From Acidimicrobiia bacterium (GTDB lineage: Bacteria; Actinomycetota; Acidimicrobiia; IMCC26256; JAOSJL01): a stretch of 64,000 nt of DNA. Below the pieces are notes generated by a model. That model searched no databases. It was not told where the DNA came from and saw only the letters and a list, made by a program, of their open reading frames with translations. The translations under genes and the position numbers were made by a program. Shown here in pieces: positions 27,718 through 36,983 of this stretch. The stretch covers positions 79,397 through 143,396 of the forward strand of contig JAWKJA010000003.1 in the NCBI GenBank assembly GCA_041394025.1, written 5' to 3'. The stretch's first letter is position 1; every line of letters begins with the position of its first letter.

Positions 27718-28358
27718 CCGGCCCCGCACCCACAGGGTCAACACGCCCACCTGCCCGCCCTTCCGTGAAGGAGCGACGGCGTCGAGTTCGGCGACCCGTG
27801 TTCTGGGGAGGCATCGCCGTCGTCGTGGTCGTGGTCGTACCGATGGCATTCATCCTCGGCAGTCGACTCGGAGAAGACCCGACTCTCGTGGATTCACCTC
27901 TACTCAGTCGGCCTGCACCCTCTTTCGACCTCGAGACCCTGGAAGGGGAGCGCATTCGCTCCGTCGACCTCACAGGGAAGCCCTACGTCGTGAACTTCTG
28001 GGCTTCATGGTGCGTTCCATGCCGGGAGGAGGCGCCGGCGCTGCGCGCTTTCGCGGGACGGTGGGAGGGATCGATCGAGGTGGTCGGTGTCGTGTGGAAC
28101 GACTCGGCCGATGCTGCGCGTGAGTTCCGAGACGAGTTCGGTCTGACCTATCCGCAGGCGCTCGACCCGAATGGACGAACCGCGCTTGATTTCGGTGTGG
28201 CAGGGATCCCCGAGACGTTCGTCGTCGACGCCGATGGGATCGTACGCGCCAAGCTCATCGGAGCCATCGGCGCGACGACCCTCGATGATCTCCTTCCCGA
28301 CGTGCGCGCCGGTCGCGAGGTCCAAGGGCGTAGCGACGCCTACGAGACATCCCGCTGA
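27702..28358 (+). CDS. membrane-anchored thioredoxin-like TlpA/ResA-family thiol-disulfide oxidoreductase
   Basis: Internal ATG 27702 of ORF 27405..28358. TM anchor, then PYVVNFWASWCVPCREEAP and GIPETFVVD. Confidence 0.8.
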   Translation: MASDLTGPAPTGSTRPPARPSVKERRRRVRRPVFWGGIAVVVVVVVPMAFILGSRLGEDPTLVDSPLLSRPAPSFDLETLEGERIRSVDLTGKPYVVNFWASWCVPCREEAPALRAFAGRWEGSIEVVGVVWNDSADAAREFRDEFGLTYPQALDPNGRTALDFGVAGIPETFVVDADGIVRAKLIGAIGATTLDDLLPDVRAGREVQGRSDAYETSR

Positions 28359-28381
28359 ACGAATTCGTGACGGCGCTCTTG

Positions 28382-29308
28382 TCAGGAGAAGCAGTGACCG
28401 CCCAGTGCAAGCAGGTGATGGGCGTCGGTGACCCAAGCCGTTGCGACCGCGAGGCCGACGATTCCGAGAGCGGCCATGGGTGCGTAGGTCAGCATTCGAG
28501 CGCTGCGAATTCGGGAGGGGCCGTGCCGGCGAAGGCCTCGGAGCCGGTTGGCGACGGAGTCGGATTCGGGCTTGTCGGGTACTGCGCTACAGCGGGCGAT
28601 CGCATGCAACGCCGCGCTGACCGGCAGTGGACCCTGCGATCTCGTGGCTGCCTGCTCGTCGGCCGAGCGTTCGACCTCCTCTCTCAGCACGTGGGCGCTC
28701 CGCCGCGCTCCCGGAACCAAGAAGAAGACTTGCTCGACAACAACCGCAAGAGCAAGAAGCCGGTGGTGGCGTAGCTGATGGTGTGCGATCTCGTGGCCGA
28801 TCACCGCGTCGAGCTCAGTGGTATCAAGAAGCTCGACGAGACCGCTGGAGACAACGACCTGAGGGCGCGGACCCGGAACGCAGAGCGCCATGACGCGGCT
28901 CGTCGGAACGGTGACGAGCTCGTAGGAGCCCTTGTCCTCATGCCGGCCGAGCCACGGATCGACGTGAAGGGCGCGGGCGCCGACATGCGCTCGCGAGGCG
29001 GCGTGCATGGCAGTCGCCGGGATCCCGACCGCAAGCGCAGCGGCTAGCCATCCGATGGTGGGACCGCCGGGCGTCACGTGGACGAGGACCTCCTCGCAAA
29101 GATGCGCGACCTCCGGGATTCCCGCCGCACGGAGCACGGTCGGAAGAGCGAGCATCACCAGCCCCGCCTCGACGACGATCACGCCCGAGGTGAGTGCCAA
29201 CGTTGTGACACGGGTGCTCTCGGCGGCGGGGAGAACACCGAGGCGCGTTTGCAACCATCTCGGCGCTGCGATGAGCGCGATGCCCACGACGAGCAAAGCG
29301 ATACTCAC
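28382..29308 (-). CDS. M56-family (BlaR1/MecR1-like) membrane metalloprotease, short form
   Basis: Internal GTG 29308 of ORF 28382..29620 (GTGA overlap with the blaI-like stop). Four or more TM helices and the HEIAHHQLRHH zinc motif. Confidence 0.75.
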   Translation of the reverse strand: MSIALLVVGIALIAAPRWLQTRLGVLPAAESTRVTTLALTSGVIVVEAGLVMLALPTVLRAAGIPEVAHLCEEVLVHVTPGGPTIGWLAAALAVGIPATAMHAASRAHVGARALHVDPWLGRHEDKGSYELVTVPTSRVMALCVPGPRPQVVVSSGLVELLDTTELDAVIGHEIAHHQLRHHRLLALAVVVEQVFFLVPGARRSAHVLREEVERSADEQAATRSQGPLPVSAALHAIARCSAVPDKPESDSVANRLRGLRRHGPSRIRSARMLTYAPMAALGIVGLAVATAWVTDAHHLLALGGHCFS

Positions 29309-29691
29309 GAGCGCCTTCCGCCGCTCTGCCCACGCCGAAGTAGGTTTCGGAGCCGTCGAGTCTCTGCAGCATTCATGGAATCGACGAAGTGCCCGAGCGC
29401 CAACGATGGGTCGCCCGCCTGCTCGAGGAGGTCGTGCATGCGCTGGGCGGCCAGTTCCTCGCGTGTGGCGACGGGCCGGTACAGGTACTTCTTGCCTTCT
29501 CGGCGCCGCTCCAACAGGCCCTTTTTCCAGAGCCGTACGAGAATCGTCATGACTGTCGAATACGCCAGACGACGACGCGGAGCGGAGACGGCTTGCTGGA
29601 CCTCTGCCGGAGCGAGCCAATCCTCCTCGTCCCAGAGAACGTCCATCACCTCTGCTTCGAGTTCGCCGCGCTCGCGTCGCTTCACCGTCAC
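29305..29691 (-). CDS. BlaI/MecI/CopY-family winged-helix transcriptional repressor
   Basis: ELEAEVMDVLWD..LAPAEVQQAV....LAYSTVMTILVRLWKKGLLERRREGKKYLYRPV. No C-terminal Cys cluster, so it is not a classical CopY. Confidence 0.85.
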   Translation of the reverse strand: MTVKRRERGELEAEVMDVLWDEEDWLAPAEVQQAVSAPRRRLAYSTVMTILVRLWKKGLLERRREGKKYLYRPVATREELAAQRMHDLLEQAGDPSLALGHFVDSMNAAETRRLRNLLRRGQSGGRRS

Positions 29692-29751
29692 ATCACTTCC
29701 GGCGCATTCACGATCGCGATTGTGTCCTACGGAAGCCTCGGAACGCTACAT

Positions 29752-29770
29752 ACTACAAGATGTCGTCTAT
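29752..29770. promoter_or_regulatory. ACTACAAGATGTCGTCTAT motif in the blaI-like/cytochrome c divergent promoter region
   Basis: Shares ACTAC...GTCGT with the 18400-18453 repeats. Preceded by a second CTACA. Confidence 0.35.
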
Positions 29771-29803
29771 ATTCCGTTGGTTGAGACGACCCAAGGAGGA
29801 CCT

Positions 29804-30244
29804 TTGGGACCCACCGAAGCCGTCCGACGGTCGGAGCTTGAGCGAGGCTGGGTGCGCAGCATCGCCACAGCTCTCGTCGCCATGGTGCTGGCAGCGTCCT
29901 GCGGGACAGCCGACGACTCCGACGGCAACGATCCGAGTGCCGCCGCCGGCGATCTCGAGAGTGGCCAGATGCTCTATGAGGCGTCGTGTGCGACGTGCCA
30001 CGGCAACGACCTTCGTGGAACAGAGCAAGGGCCCCCGTTCCTGGACGCGACCTACGCACCGAACCACCATTCCGATGAAGCCTTTTTCGCCGCTGTCGCC
30101 AACGGAGTGCAACCCCACCACTGGAACTTCGGACCCATGCCGCCGCTCGAAGGTCTCACCGACGACGACGTGGGGGCGATCATCGCATACGTGCGCGCCG
30201 CACAGGAGCAGGACGGGATCACCGTCGATCCGAGACACGGGTAA
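29804..30244 (+). CDS. c-type monohaem cytochrome lipoprotein
   Basis: AGGAGGA RBS and TTG 29804 (GTG 29852 is possible), inside ORF 29078..30244. Lipobox MVLAASCGT. Haem motif CATCHG with a distal Met candidate (GPMPP). Confidence 0.75.
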   Translation: MGPTEAVRRSELERGWVRSIATALVAMVLAASCGTADDSDGNDPSAAAGDLESGQMLYEASCATCHGNDLRGTEQGPPFLDATYAPNHHSDEAFFAAVANGVQPHHWNFGPMPPLEGLTDDDVGAIIAYVRAAQEQDGITVDPRHG

Positions 30245-31612
30245 GTGACCACGACCGGCGGCTCGGCTCGTGACAGCGACGAACCGGACCGAAGCGCGCC
30301 CGAGGACGTACCCGACAGTCTGAGCCTGGTCGGGGCGATATCGCTCGGCACCGGTGTCATGATCGGAGCCGGCATCTTCGCCATCACGGGTCAGACCGCG
30401 GCGCTCGCCGGCGGACTCTTTCCCGTGGCCTTTCTCGCCGCAGCGCTCGTCGTTGCGTTCAGCGCCTATTCGTACGTGAAGCTGTCCAACGCCTTTCCGT
30501 CGTCGGGTGGAATCGCGATGTTTCTCAAGGAGGAGTACGGCCTCGGCACCACGACCGGTGTCTTCGCGCTGTTCATGTACGTGTCGATGGTCATCAACGA
30601 GAGCCTCGTCGCTCGCACCTTCGGTGCCTACACGCTCCAAGTTCTGGACTTGACCCCCGCCTCGTTCTGGATTCCGGCACTCGGCGTGTTTCTCCTTGTT
30701 GTCGCCTTCGTTGTCAATATTTCCGGGAATCGGGTCATTCAGGCTGCAGAAGGTGCAATGGCGGTGGTCAAGATCGCCGGCATCGCGATTTTCGCCATCG
30801 CCGGTCTCTGGTTCGTCGAAGCTGCGAACTTCACGAGCGGTTCCAAGGGCACGGGATTCGAGCTCTCGGTCGACGGCTTCCTTGCGGCGGTGGCGCTCGG
30901 AATCCTCGCCTACAAGGGATTCACGACGATCACCAACAGCGGCGGTGAGATTGTCGACCCGCACCGCAACACGGGACGCGCGATCGTCATCTCGATCTCG
31001 ATCTGTACGGTCCTGTACCTCGCGCTCTCGATTGCCGTAGCCGGAAACCTCGGCCTCAACGAGATCATTGCGGCTCAGGACTACGCACTCGCTGAAGCTG
31101 CACGGCCCGCGTTCGGTGATGCGGGGGTCTGGCTCACCGTCGTACTCGCCATCATCGCGACCGCTTCGGGCGTCATCGCCAGCATCTTCGCCGCCTCCCG
31201 CATGCTGGCAATGCTCACGCGTATGAAAGAAGTGCCACACCGCCACTTCGGCCTACCGGGCACCGTCCGCACACACGCCATGATCTACACGACGGCCTTC
31301 GCGATGGCTCTCACGATCGCGTTCGATCTCCGGCGAATCGCAGCGTTGGGCGCTATCTACTACCTCATCATGGACATCGCCATCCACTGGGGGATCCTCC
31401 GCCACCTCAGATCCCGAATCGACGCAAGGCCAACGATCGTGGCCGCAGCGATCGTTCTCGACCTCGTCGTCCTGGGCGCCCTTGTGTGGGTGAAGGCCTC
31501 CACCGACCCGCTCATCCTCTACGTGTCCGCTGCCGGCATCGCTCTCATCGTGATCGGTGAGCGACTCTTCATGCGGTCGCACACCGACTCTGAAGGGAAC
31601 ATGGCCATGTGA
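30245..31612 (+). CDS. APC-superfamily amino acid/polyamine permease
   Basis: 455 aa, 12 TM helices. N-terminal GAISLGTGVMIGAGIFAITGQ signature. Confidence 0.8.
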   Translation: MTTTGGSARDSDEPDRSAPEDVPDSLSLVGAISLGTGVMIGAGIFAITGQTAALAGGLFPVAFLAAALVVAFSAYSYVKLSNAFPSSGGIAMFLKEEYGLGTTTGVFALFMYVSMVINESLVARTFGAYTLQVLDLTPASFWIPALGVFLLVVAFVVNISGNRVIQAAEGAMAVVKIAGIAIFAIAGLWFVEAANFTSGSKGTGFELSVDGFLAAVALGILAYKGFTTITNSGGEIVDPHRNTGRAIVISISICTVLYLALSIAVAGNLGLNEIIAAQDYALAEAARPAFGDAGVWLTVVLAIIATASGVIASIFAASRMLAMLTRMKEVPHRHFGLPGTVRTHAMIYTTAFAMALTIAFDLRRIAALGAIYYLIMDIAIHWGILRHLRSRIDARPTIVAAAIVLDLVVLGALVWVKASTDPLILYVSAAGIALIVIGERLFMRSHTDSEGNMAM

Positions 31613-31679
31613 ATCCCTCGTCGGTCGCGCCAGCTTCCTCGGCTTCGTTTGCAGCATACGTTCGGCGTGCATGGATCAT

Positions 31680-32074
31680 TGCCGCGGGATGAGATGGCAG
31701 ACGTCGCTGGGGTCGCAATCGCGTTTTGATCGAGTCGCCGTGCCCGACGGGCCAGCTTGCGGAGCTCACTGCGCAGCGCCTCGAGATCACGCATCTGCTC
31801 GTCGATTGTCTTCGGCATGCTCGCCGAGCAGGTTGTGACGTTCACAGGGTGCCTCGCCCTCGGTCGCGGAAGGCCAGGACCTCGCGATCTCGGCCAGTGA
31901 GCCCGACCGGCTTGCGCGGCCTTCACGAACGCCAGCCGGTCGACCGTCTCCTCGCCGTAGTCGCGATGGCCTCCGACGCGGTCCGCTCGGGTTCGCCGAG
32001 CACACCGATTTGCTGTAGTAGCGGATCGTTTTCGTCGTGACGCCGCTGCTGTCCGCGAGCTCACCGATCCGCAC
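31680..32074 (-). pseudogene. MerR-family (heavy-metal/redox type) regulator, disrupted by several frameshifts
   Basis: VRIGELADSSGVTTKTIRYY in one frame, GHRDYGEETVDRLAFVKAAQ in another, SLAEI...GEAPCE in a third, then IDEQMRDLEALRSELRKLARRA. The lower boundary is approximate. Confidence 0.6.
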
Positions 32075-32141
32075 CGAACCCCCCTCGACCCACGAAACCG
32101 ACTCCGGCCCCACCTTCCATCGTACGGGAGGCCCGGTCCGC

Positions 32142-32418
32142 TCAGTCGGTGGCGGGTCGGTGGACAGCGCCGGCGGCGGAGTCGAGCGCTTCGCCGAGGT
32201 CACCGACGATCAGGGCCGAGAAGAGCGGGTCCCACGCACTATGCGTGAGGGATCGACATCACCCATCCGGGATGCGGTGCGGCCTCGGACAGCGCCAGGC
32301 CACCGAAGGCGACGATCCCGCCCCGTCATCACGGAACACCAGACCACGACCCGGCGAGTCTCGCGGCGCCGGCGAGCGCGGTGTCGACGTCGTCGAAGGC
32401 CGGCCGGGGATCGCTCAT
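32142..32418 (-). pseudogene. alkylmercury lyase (MerB)-like fragment, frameshifted and truncated
   Basis: Pieces MSDPRPAFDDVDTALAGAARLAG, GIVAFGGLALSEAAPH and DPLFSALIVGD lie in different frames. The resemblance to MerB N-terminal regions is from memory only. Confidence 0.3.
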
Positions 32419-32730
32419 TCGTCCAGCACCGCCCGGAGCTGCTCGAGCGTCGGCGATCCCGCCGGCCCTCCGGGGTCCGGTAGACGCGACACGACAGGCC
32501 GACGGGCCTGTCGCCCCGGGCGAACGGGTCCTGGCCCTCGACCAGAACCGTCGGGGAACCCTGAACGCGACCGTCTCGGCCTCCTCCGGGGTCGTCACCA
32601 GCCGTCGGTCCACCTGAAACGTGCTCGGTCGACAACCGTTGTAGGCGCTCCTCGACGGTCCTCCAGTTCGGGCACCCTCGAAGTACTGCAGCTCGACCGC
32701 ATCAACGGTCCTCCACGTGTGGGGTCTCAT
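32415..32730 (-). pseudogene. thioredoxin-fold protein of the type usually found next to MerB, frameshifted
   Basis: VELQYFEG then (shifted) CPNWRTVEERL; GSPTVLVEGQDPFA..PVGLSCRVYRTPEG, then a shifted tail ...PTLEQLRAVLDE. ATGA overlap with the downstream fragment. Confidence 0.45.
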
Positions 32731-32769
32731 GGGACGGTCCGTACGGTAAACCCTTCCACTCGAGGAAGG

Positions 32770-33271
32770 TCAAGGCCTCCGCGCGTCCGGGCGACGGTCC
32801 GGCTCGCGAACACTGGGGACGTTGGGAATCACGCTGTGGCGCTCGACCTCGAGGGTGCCTCTCCATCCCTGCCTCCCCCGGTGGCCGGGCACCGAGCAGT
32901 AGAACGCTTAGGTGCCGGGCTCGTCGACGACGAGTCCGCTCCTCTGCGGTGCTCTCCGCGCCGGCACTGAGCGGGAAGTCGACTCCGTCGACGACGAAGT
33001 CGTAGAGATCACCGAGATCGAGCGATCGTTACGTTCTCCCCGCCAGGACGTCGATCTGATCGGGCTCGAATGCGAACGAGCGGGCACGCACCGCTTACCT
33101 CGCTATCGGGCGCTGTCGGCGGCGCCGGTTCGACGAACCGCCGCTCATGTGGCCGCCCCTGGGGTCGTCCATGTGTCCGCCCATTCCGCCCGGGGGGCCA
33201 TGCCCACCACCATCGCCGCAGGCGGCCACCAGCAACGACAGGACGACGGCGACGAGAACCAGCCTGCTCAT
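32770..33271 (-). pseudogene. cupredoxin lipoprotein paralog with a His/Met-rich N-terminus, multiply frameshifted
   Basis: Own translation. MSRLVLVAVVLSLLVAACGDGGGHGPPGGMGGHMDDPRGGHM, then in other frames SFAFEPDQIDVLAG.NVTIA..DLYDFVVDGVDFPLSAGAES and YCSVPGHR..G..GTLEV. Compare the intact gene at 18514. Confidence 0.55.
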
Positions 33272-33294
33272 CACGAGACCCCGGGAAAACGAAC

Positions 33295-36051
33295 TGAACC
33301 GCCCTGGGTTTGATGGAGACTCTGTTCATTGCCCAACCGTGGTGGTCGGTCTGCGGCAGCGTAGAACGCTGCTCTGAACTCCGCTGGTGGCACGTCGTCG
33401 CAGTGGCCGTGGAGTCGGTCGTGGTTGAACCAGTGCACCCACGACAGGGTCGCCAACTCGAGTTCGTCGACGTCGTCCCAGCCGGTGGTGTCGGGCTCGT
33501 AGATGCACTGGCCTTGTAGAGACCGTTGGTCGTCTCGGCGAGCGTGTTGTCGTAGGAATCCGCGGATGGTGCTGGACGACGGGCGTGCCCCCCGATCTCG
33601 TCGAGGCGTTCGGTGAATCTCACCGATGTGAACTGACTGGGTTCAATCAGTCGTTGCAACACCTGCCCGTTCGAGTGACCGAAGCTGTTCGTCGAGGACC
33701 GGCGGGGCTTCCAGCTGAGGATCTTGCGGGTCTGCTGTTGAGCGTGTCCTGGACGGCGAGGAGATCTTCGAGGTCCCAGCGAGAGAGGTCGGTTCCTTTG
33801 GGAAGTATTGGCGAAGCAGACCGTTGGTGTTCTCGTTCGTGCCTCGCTGCCATGGCGAGTGTGGATCGGCGAAGTACACCGAGATGCCGGTGTCGATCGT
33901 GAACTGCGCGGGTGGACAGTTCCTTGCCCGGTCCCAGGTCAGCGATCGAAGCAGCCCTGCTGGCATCGTCCCCAGGGTCGATTCGAGGGCGTCTTTCATG
34001 GCGAGTGGCGCCGTAGCCGCCGAGAGCAGGGCCCGTTCTGGACCGGCGGCCTGACGCCGTAGCCCTCGAGCCGAGGCAGGTGGACAAGGAGCGTAGCGGC
34101 TGGTGCGTTCCACGACGGTGCTGATCGCCGAGCGATGCAGCCTGATGATGAGGTCACCTTCCCAGTGCCCGGGCACGGGTCGGTCCTCGCTTCGGCAGGC
34201 CGCTCGCTCAACACGACATCCGAGGTCACGTGACCCTGGGGCCGGTTGCGGGCCCGTTGCCGAGGCTTGCGCAGGGCGCGCCCGGTGCGCAGGCACGCCA
34301 CCAGCTCACGCTTGAGCGCACCTCCGACCCTCGATGTAAAGCGCCTGATAGATCGCCTCGTGCTGATGCGCATGTCCTCATCATCAAGTCGACGACCAGC
34401 CGTCGAGAGATCTGCTCGGGACTCCATGCTGTCGCCCACCGGCGATCCGCCCGATGTGGCTTGTTCAAACCCTTCCAGGTCGTCGGCGGGCCAGGCGAGG
34501 CTGTTCCGTCGGGCTGCTTGAGCTCGCCGCTGAGGCGTTGTCGCACATAATTGTTCAAATCGCGGGTTCGTGGCCAACTTCGCCGGCTTCGGCCGCTTGG
34601 CCGCCATCTGCGCCTTCCATTGCGCGACCGTCGCCCGGTACTCGGAGCTTCGCCGCGGGTTGCTGCGTTGCGCGCAGCTCCCGCGACCGTCCCGGATCTC
34701 GGTTCATCTCCTGGGCGATGGCACGCACGCCGAGACCCCGCGCAGCAGCGCCAACTCCTCAAGCTCCGGAAACGACAAGTACCGGCCCGACGGTTCGCCG
34801 AGGTTCAAAGGTGCCATGCCGCCAGCGTGACGAAACCAGCGCGACTCCGACAGGAACCGACACCCTCGACACCGGCCGCTGCGTCCTCGGTGCGCTTGCC
34901 CTGGGCGATCAGACGCCAGAACTCGTGCCCATGACGCAGATCGGCCGTCCCGGCGAACGGCATCGCCGGGCGAAGCGCCCTGTTCAAGCCGTCCGCCGCC
35001 GTCGCGACCTCACCTCGGTCACCTCCATCATCATGAGGTGTTGCGACAACCAGTTGATTTCGCCCTGCGACCTGGCATCGGAGTGTGCAACGAGTCCGAC
35101 CAGGCGTCGAGCCCCACGGGATCGTCGGGCCATCTCCAATGCATCGAGCACCATCTCGGTTTTCATGTTCGCCGGTACACGCCAACCGACGATACGCCGG
35201 CTGAACGCATCGACGATGAAACACACATAGGCCATCCCCGACCTCGTCGGCAGCGATACGTCAGATCGGTCACCCACAACGTTGGGCCGATCCGCACTGG
35301 AAGTCCCGGTTGACGATCCCGCGCCCGAACGGCGTCGGGATCCGCACGGTCGTGAACACCTTTGGCGTCGCGACACACCGCGGATATCCAGCTCACGCAT
35401 GAGGCGAGCCACCTGATCGCGGGGGCCGATGTCATGGCCAGCACGCCGTGCTGCTTTCCAAAGTTTGTGGGCTCCGTAGACCTTGCGGTTCGCGACCCAC
35501 AAGACCATCAGCACCCGCATCATCGCCGCGCCGCAATCGCTCTGGCCGACGGCGTGCGGTTCCTGGCGGCGTAGTAGGTGCTCGGGGCGAACTGCAACAC
35601 TCTGCAGATCGGCTCGACCCCGAAACTTTCCTTGTGAGAATCGATGTAATCGACCATCACTTCTGTGGGCGGTCGAGCTCCGCCGCGAAGAAAGCCGACG
35701 CAGACTTGAGAATCGTGCTCGCTCGCTTGAGCTCACGGTTCTCCTGCTCGAGCGCCACTGGACTCCGCTCTGAGTCCTCCGTGTTCAGACCGCTGACGCC
35801 CTCGTCGACATCAGCCTGACGCACCCACTTACGCACCCGTCTCAGGCCCGTAACCGAGCTGATCCGCGATGCGGTCACCGGCCCTTGCGATGTTCCGAGC
35901 TCTTCACGCAACTGACGGACGAGTCGCACCGCACGAGCCTTCTCCGGGCGAGTACCGACGCGCCGTCGGCTTCCTCAACGTTCGTCTCCTTCGGCATGAC
36001 TCCATCCTCGTTTCCAAGCTCAGGAGTCTCCAATCAACCCAGGGCGGTTCA
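33295..36051 (-). mobile_element. IS3-family insertion sequence, inactivated (extra frameshifts and an internal IS30 insertion)
   Basis: Terminal inverted repeats TGAACCGCCCTGGGTTTGATGGAGACTC (33295-33322) and its near-perfect complement at 36024-36051. OrfA pieces (MPK.. ATG 35997, WVRQADVDEG, ENRELKRASTILKSASAFFAAE). OrfB pieces (KVYGAHKLW, FIVDAFSRRIVGWRV, HSDARSQ | FTSVRFTERL, YDNTLAETTNGLYK, WVHWFNHDRLH). Confidence 0.8.
33642..35061 (-). mobile_element. IS30-family insertion sequence nested inside the IS3 orfB, transposase frameshifted at least three times
   Basis: End sequences GGTGTTGCGACAACCAGTTGATTTC (35037-35061) and the complement of TTCAATCAGTCGTTGCAACACC (33642-33664). Transposase pieces from ATG 34817: RYLSFPELEELALLR, RPKPAKLATNP, WSPEQISRRL, HWEGDLI, LTWDR, SPWQRGTNENTNGLLRQYFPK. 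Confidence 0.7.
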
Positions 36052-36334
36052 CGTCTACGCTCCCGCGACCGATGGCCGAATCGACCACCTCTGGCTCGCC
36101 CGCTTCGGTCAACCCGGCCAACACCGACCGTCACCCCACACACCGACTCGCCCAGTTCGCACTCGCCGTCGCCACCCTCATCACCGCCAAACTCATCGAC
36201 TGGCGCAACCGCTGGAACCCGACCCCCACCCCCATCCGCTGAACTCTTGGGCACCAACACCGCATCCAACAACTCACCGGCAACGGCGACCCTCCGCCTG
36301 ACCGCCAGCGGCGGCTCAGTCAGTCCGGCGCTGG

Positions 36335-36851
36335 TCAATCCAGGATGTCGCTGATTCTGTCGTCGATTGGTCCGGTAGCCGTGCACGCCGTAGTCGCCGA
36401 CCGGCTCGATCGGCCCAGACAACTGTCCAGTGCTTCATCGAAGTAGTGGCCATCCCAGCGCCGGAAGCAGTGCTGGTCGAGGACGTCGTCGCCGTCGATG
36501 GCAGGTTCTCCGATCGTCTCGGAAGCATCCCTTGGTCCACGGCCGCTGGTTCGTCATGATCGGCGACACCAAGAGCCGGTCTGGTCGCAGCTCAGCCCGC
36601 TTGGGCAGCGCTTTCTGGTCGGAACGCTCCCGGTACACGTAGATCAGAATCGCCCCGCCCATCGACGGTCCCGCCATCGCGTCCGTCGAGATGATCCGAC
36701 CGAACAAGTACCGGCCGTCGGCTAGCTGCAGCGCAAAGACATCGCCAACCTTCGGCTTCTTCCGGGACGGGCTCAGCACCTGCAGGTTCGTCTCACCGTC
36801 GCTCACCGTTGTCACCCGTACCCGTTCGCTCGGAGCCAGGCCTCGCCCCAA
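36335..36851 (-). pseudogene. Imm26-like polymorphic-toxin immunity protein, frameshifted near the C-terminus
   Basis: KVGDVFALQLADGRYLFGRIIS...ILIYVY...LLVSPIMTNQRPWTKGCFR, then the reading continues in shifted frames (TIGE..LDQHCFRRWDGHYFDE, PIEPVGDYGVHGYRT). Family call is from memory of Imm26 motifs. Confidence 0.4.
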
Positions 36852-36983
36852 TCGACGCTCTGCTGGTAGTAGGAGTGTCTCGGACTGATCGAGTTGATGG
36901 CGTTCTCATCGACAGGCCCGCAAGCGCGATTGCAATCGGCATCGGTCGCACGGGCGAACTCCCCCGCCTGGCGACCGGTCTGC

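Noticed and set aside
22674-29766. ATGTCG/CGACAT half-sites scattered over island promoters, taken as evidence for a regulon.
   Set aside because: A 6-mer is expected dozens of times in 64 kb on both strands. Only the longer composite sites are reported, and even those as hypotheses.
33095-33271. A 58-codon His/Met-rich lipoprotein ORF (below the ORF-track length cutoff) as a stand-alone copper-binding peptide gene.
   Set aside because: Cupredoxin motifs continue downstream in other frames as far as 32770. It is more likely the N-terminal piece of a frameshifted cupredoxin lipoprotein. The stand-alone reading cannot be fully excluded.
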